A DNA stretch of 64,000 nucleotides. Origin: a virus. A program made the translations under genes and the position numbers. Positions 61,963 through 64,000 of this stretch are shown in pieces (position 1 is the first letter of the stretch; each line of letters begins with the position of its first letter). The stretch lies in the IMG/VR virus record IMGVR_UViG_3300037245_001320, positions 32,001 to 96,000 of that record. The stretch is one strand, 5' to 3'. The notes under the pieces are model-generated. The model had not been told where the DNA came from and did no database searches. It was given only the letters and a program-made list of their open reading frames with translations.

Positions 61963-62724
61963 ATGACAATAACTAAAACATACCCATTTACTACGGATAC
62001 TAATTATACTTATGATCCATTAAAAGTAGTGATAACAAATGGAGAGGCTTCATTACTAGATCTCGGTGGAGGAACATATGCAACAGATAATCCAACTATA
62101 GTCTTTAATGATGAATTACCTTTAGATGAATTACAATCATTTATAGAAACAAGTACTAAGGCAGGATTAGATGAGGTGAAATTTACGCTATCTAAGGAAG
62201 GGGTTGAGTATTATTACTCAGGGTCATGGGTTGTGAGTAATGGGACATATACAGAAGCAAACTTAGCGAGTGAGATAGAAACAAATAAGGCCTCCTTCAC
62301 ATCACTAGGAACTATAACAAGTATAAAGATGTTTTTACACTCAGATGATGGTACAACAACACCCTCCGTAGACCTTATCTCTGTAGATTATAATTTTGTT
62401 CCTGTTGAGGAAACAATTCCAACAACTTTACTATATTGGTATGCAAAACATACAAATGCAGCGGATGATACAGCTATAGCCACTATTGAACTTACAAATT
62501 CCGTAGTTAAATATGGAATACAGACAACTATAACAAAAGAAGCTATAGAGATTCAGCCAAATAGGGGCCTTTATCAGGTAGAAATAGTGGATACCCAAAA
62601 TATGGAAACAGATGCTAGTTCAAATCAGCAAACATACACACTAGTCATGGGCGGACAGACATTTACTTTACATATTCCTGCACTTGATTCTGTTAACCTC
62701 TATGATAGTGGAATAATAGTATAA
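61963..62724 (+). CDS. Putative structural protein
   Basis: 253 aa T-rich ORF, L.SDDGTTTP.V..I.V.Y motif. Confidence 0.5.
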   Translation: MTITKTYPFTTDTNYTYDPLKVVITNGEASLLDLGGGTYATDNPTIVFNDELPLDELQSFIETSTKAGLDEVKFTLSKEGVEYYYSGSWVVSNGTYTEANLASEIETNKASFTSLGTITSIKMFLHSDDGTTTPSVDLISVDYNFVPVEETIPTTLLYWYAKHTNAADDTAIATIELTNSVVKYGIQTTITKEAIEIQPNRGLYQVEIVDTQNMETDASSNQQTYTLVMGGQTFTLHIPALDSVNLYDSGIIV

Positions 62725-62727
62725 ACT

Positions 62728-62761
62728 AAAAACCCTCTCAGATTAACGAGAGGGTTTTTTT
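62728..62761. terminator. Bidirectional-looking terminator
   Basis: AAAAACCCTCTC-AGATTAAC-GAGAGGGTTTTTT. Confidence 0.8.
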
Positions 62762-62973
62762 ATTTACTGTACTTCCTGTAAAAATTTAATTAAACATTCC
62801 CGACAATAACTCATAGATCTAAGAAGTCGTGCTTCATTGTCTGTTGTGTGTTTACCTTTATGTGTATAAGTTAATACAACATACTAATTAGGATTGTTGT
62901 GACTTAGAGACACCCGCTGTGTCTCATCATGCATTAGGGTGATCGGTCAAGGGTATTATTTGTATATACCCGA

Positions 62974-62997
62974 AAAAAATTCCCACTATGGTATAAT
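62974..62997 (+). promoter_or_regulatory. Conserved 24-bp phage promoter, copy 8 (lipase/M23; probably leaderless)
   Basis: AAAAAATTCCCACTATGGTATAAT, only 5 nt before ATG 63003. Confidence 0.8.
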
Positions 62998-63002
62998 GAG
63001 AT

Positions 63003-63641
63003 ATGAAAGAAAATATATTAAAACAAGCAAGAACAGAATGGAATAAAGAAAAAGGTCAAGGGTATAGACATAAGAATACCGATTATAACTTACTAAATAA
63101 AGGTGATGGGAAGTATAGTATCTTTATACATGCTTCGGGAGATATTAAAAAAGACAAGGTGGACTGGGTAAGAAATTTCTCAGCGTGGCCTGTAAAGTAT
63201 AAGATGGGTAATGAAACATTTTATATTCATGCAGGGTTTTTATCTGCTTTTAGGGAACTACTATTTGATCTAATGCCAAGGATAAAAGAAGCTAAAGAAG
63301 TGGAAATTTCAGGAACAAGCTTGGGAGGAGCAATTGCACAAATTCTAAATGTATATCTACAATTAGAAACAGATATAAAAGTCAATTCAGTCACAACATT
63401 TGGATCTCCTAAACCATTCTTAGATTATGGAAGAGGGTATGTAATAGCATTGTGTTTAAGTGCAGGAAATACACATTACAGAATTTCTAAGGATATAGTT
63501 CCAGATCTTCCATGGTTTTATGGGAGTGTAGGAACAAGAGTACAAATTAAAACAGATAACAAGGTTAGAAGTATTATGGAATTCTTATTCAGAGGATTTT
63601 ATGATCACGCTAGTTATTGGAAGGAATTGAAAGATGAGTAG
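63003..63641 (+). CDS. Class 3 lipase-like alpha/beta hydrolase
   Basis: DW..NF, IHAGF, GTSLGGAIA, TFGSPK, DIVP.LP, DH..Y. Confidence 0.85.
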   Translation: MKENILKQARTEWNKEKGQGYRHKNTDYNLLNKGDGKYSIFIHASGDIKKDKVDWVRNFSAWPVKYKMGNETFYIHAGFLSAFRELLFDLMPRIKEAKEVEISGTSLGGAIAQILNVYLQLETDIKVNSVTTFGSPKPFLDYGRGYVIALCLSAGNTHYRISKDIVPDLPWFYGSVGTRVQIKTDNKVRSIMEFLFRGFYDHASYWKELKDE

Positions 63642-64000
63642 ATTAAGAAATAGAGACGATGTATACAATGTAGAAAGCGGAGAAGTATTACTAATATTAA
63701 CCACAGGAGCATATGGTATACATGTTTATATAAGACATGAAGATGACAGTACAGCTATGTATGCACATTTAGCAAGCACAAACCTAAAAGTGGGAGACAT
63801 TGTTAAAGGATCAGATTTAATTGGTGTTATGGGGGAAACAGGTAATTGTCCATCAGGGATACATTTGCACATATCCTACTTTGGTAAGTATGCTAAAGAG
63901 TTGAGAGGAGAACATGCAAATGATCCAACTTTTTGGATACAATTATCAGGTAATTGGCCAACCAACACCATGGTTTCTGGGGGATTTCATGCTTTATACA
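63634..64000 (+). CDS. M23 family peptidase (likely endolysin), truncated by the window end
   Basis: MSRLRNRDDVYNVESGEV...YGIHVYIRH....MYAHL....KVGD.V..IG.MG.TG....HLH...DP; not in the ORF track. Confidence 0.8.
   Translation, partial: MSRLRNRDDVYNVESGEVLLILTTGAYGIHVYIRHEDDSTAMYAHLASTNLKVGDIVKGSDLIGVMGETGNCPSGIHLHISYFGKYAKELRGEHANDPTFWIQLSGNWPTNTMVSGGFHALY

Noticed and set aside
62762-62960. Possible small minus-strand gene or sRNA with a GAGACAC...GTGTCTC hairpin
   Set aside because: No clear start or RBS and only one short hairpin; insufficient support
1-64000. tRNA genes and stop-codon reassignment
   Set aside because: No cloverleaf was recognised by eye; long genes are intact in the standard code and the terL breaks are explained by introns

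Overview
AT-rich tailed-phage DNA, with a siphovirus-type morphogenesis module and nearly all genes on the + strand. Layout: (1) a 1.2 kb non-coding region with a 19-bp-period palindrome array (350-1570); (2) many short accessory ORFs plus KilA-N, a GIY-YIG/integrase-like fusion, an SSB-like protein and an NAD-dependent DNA ligase; (3) terS, then a terL that the ORF track misses because four ORF-less group I introns split it into five exons (spliced product 513 aa); (4) a ~13 kb accessory block between terL and portal, bracketed by two paralogous Zn-finger HNH genes. Each HNH gene is preceded by a covarying double-pseudoknot RNA structure. The block holds RtcB and a CmoA-like + asparagine-synthetase-like + C5-cytosine MTase operon, whose MTase has Arg in place of the motif X Asn, pointing to carboxymethylcytosine-type DNA hypermodification; (5) head, tail and fibre genes, a lipase and an apparently circularly permuted M23 peptidase cut by the window end. 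A 24-bp promoter motif AAAAAATTCCCACTATGSTATAAT occurs 8 times. All family assignments come from motif recognition by eye; no database searches were run. The host cannot be determined from this window.
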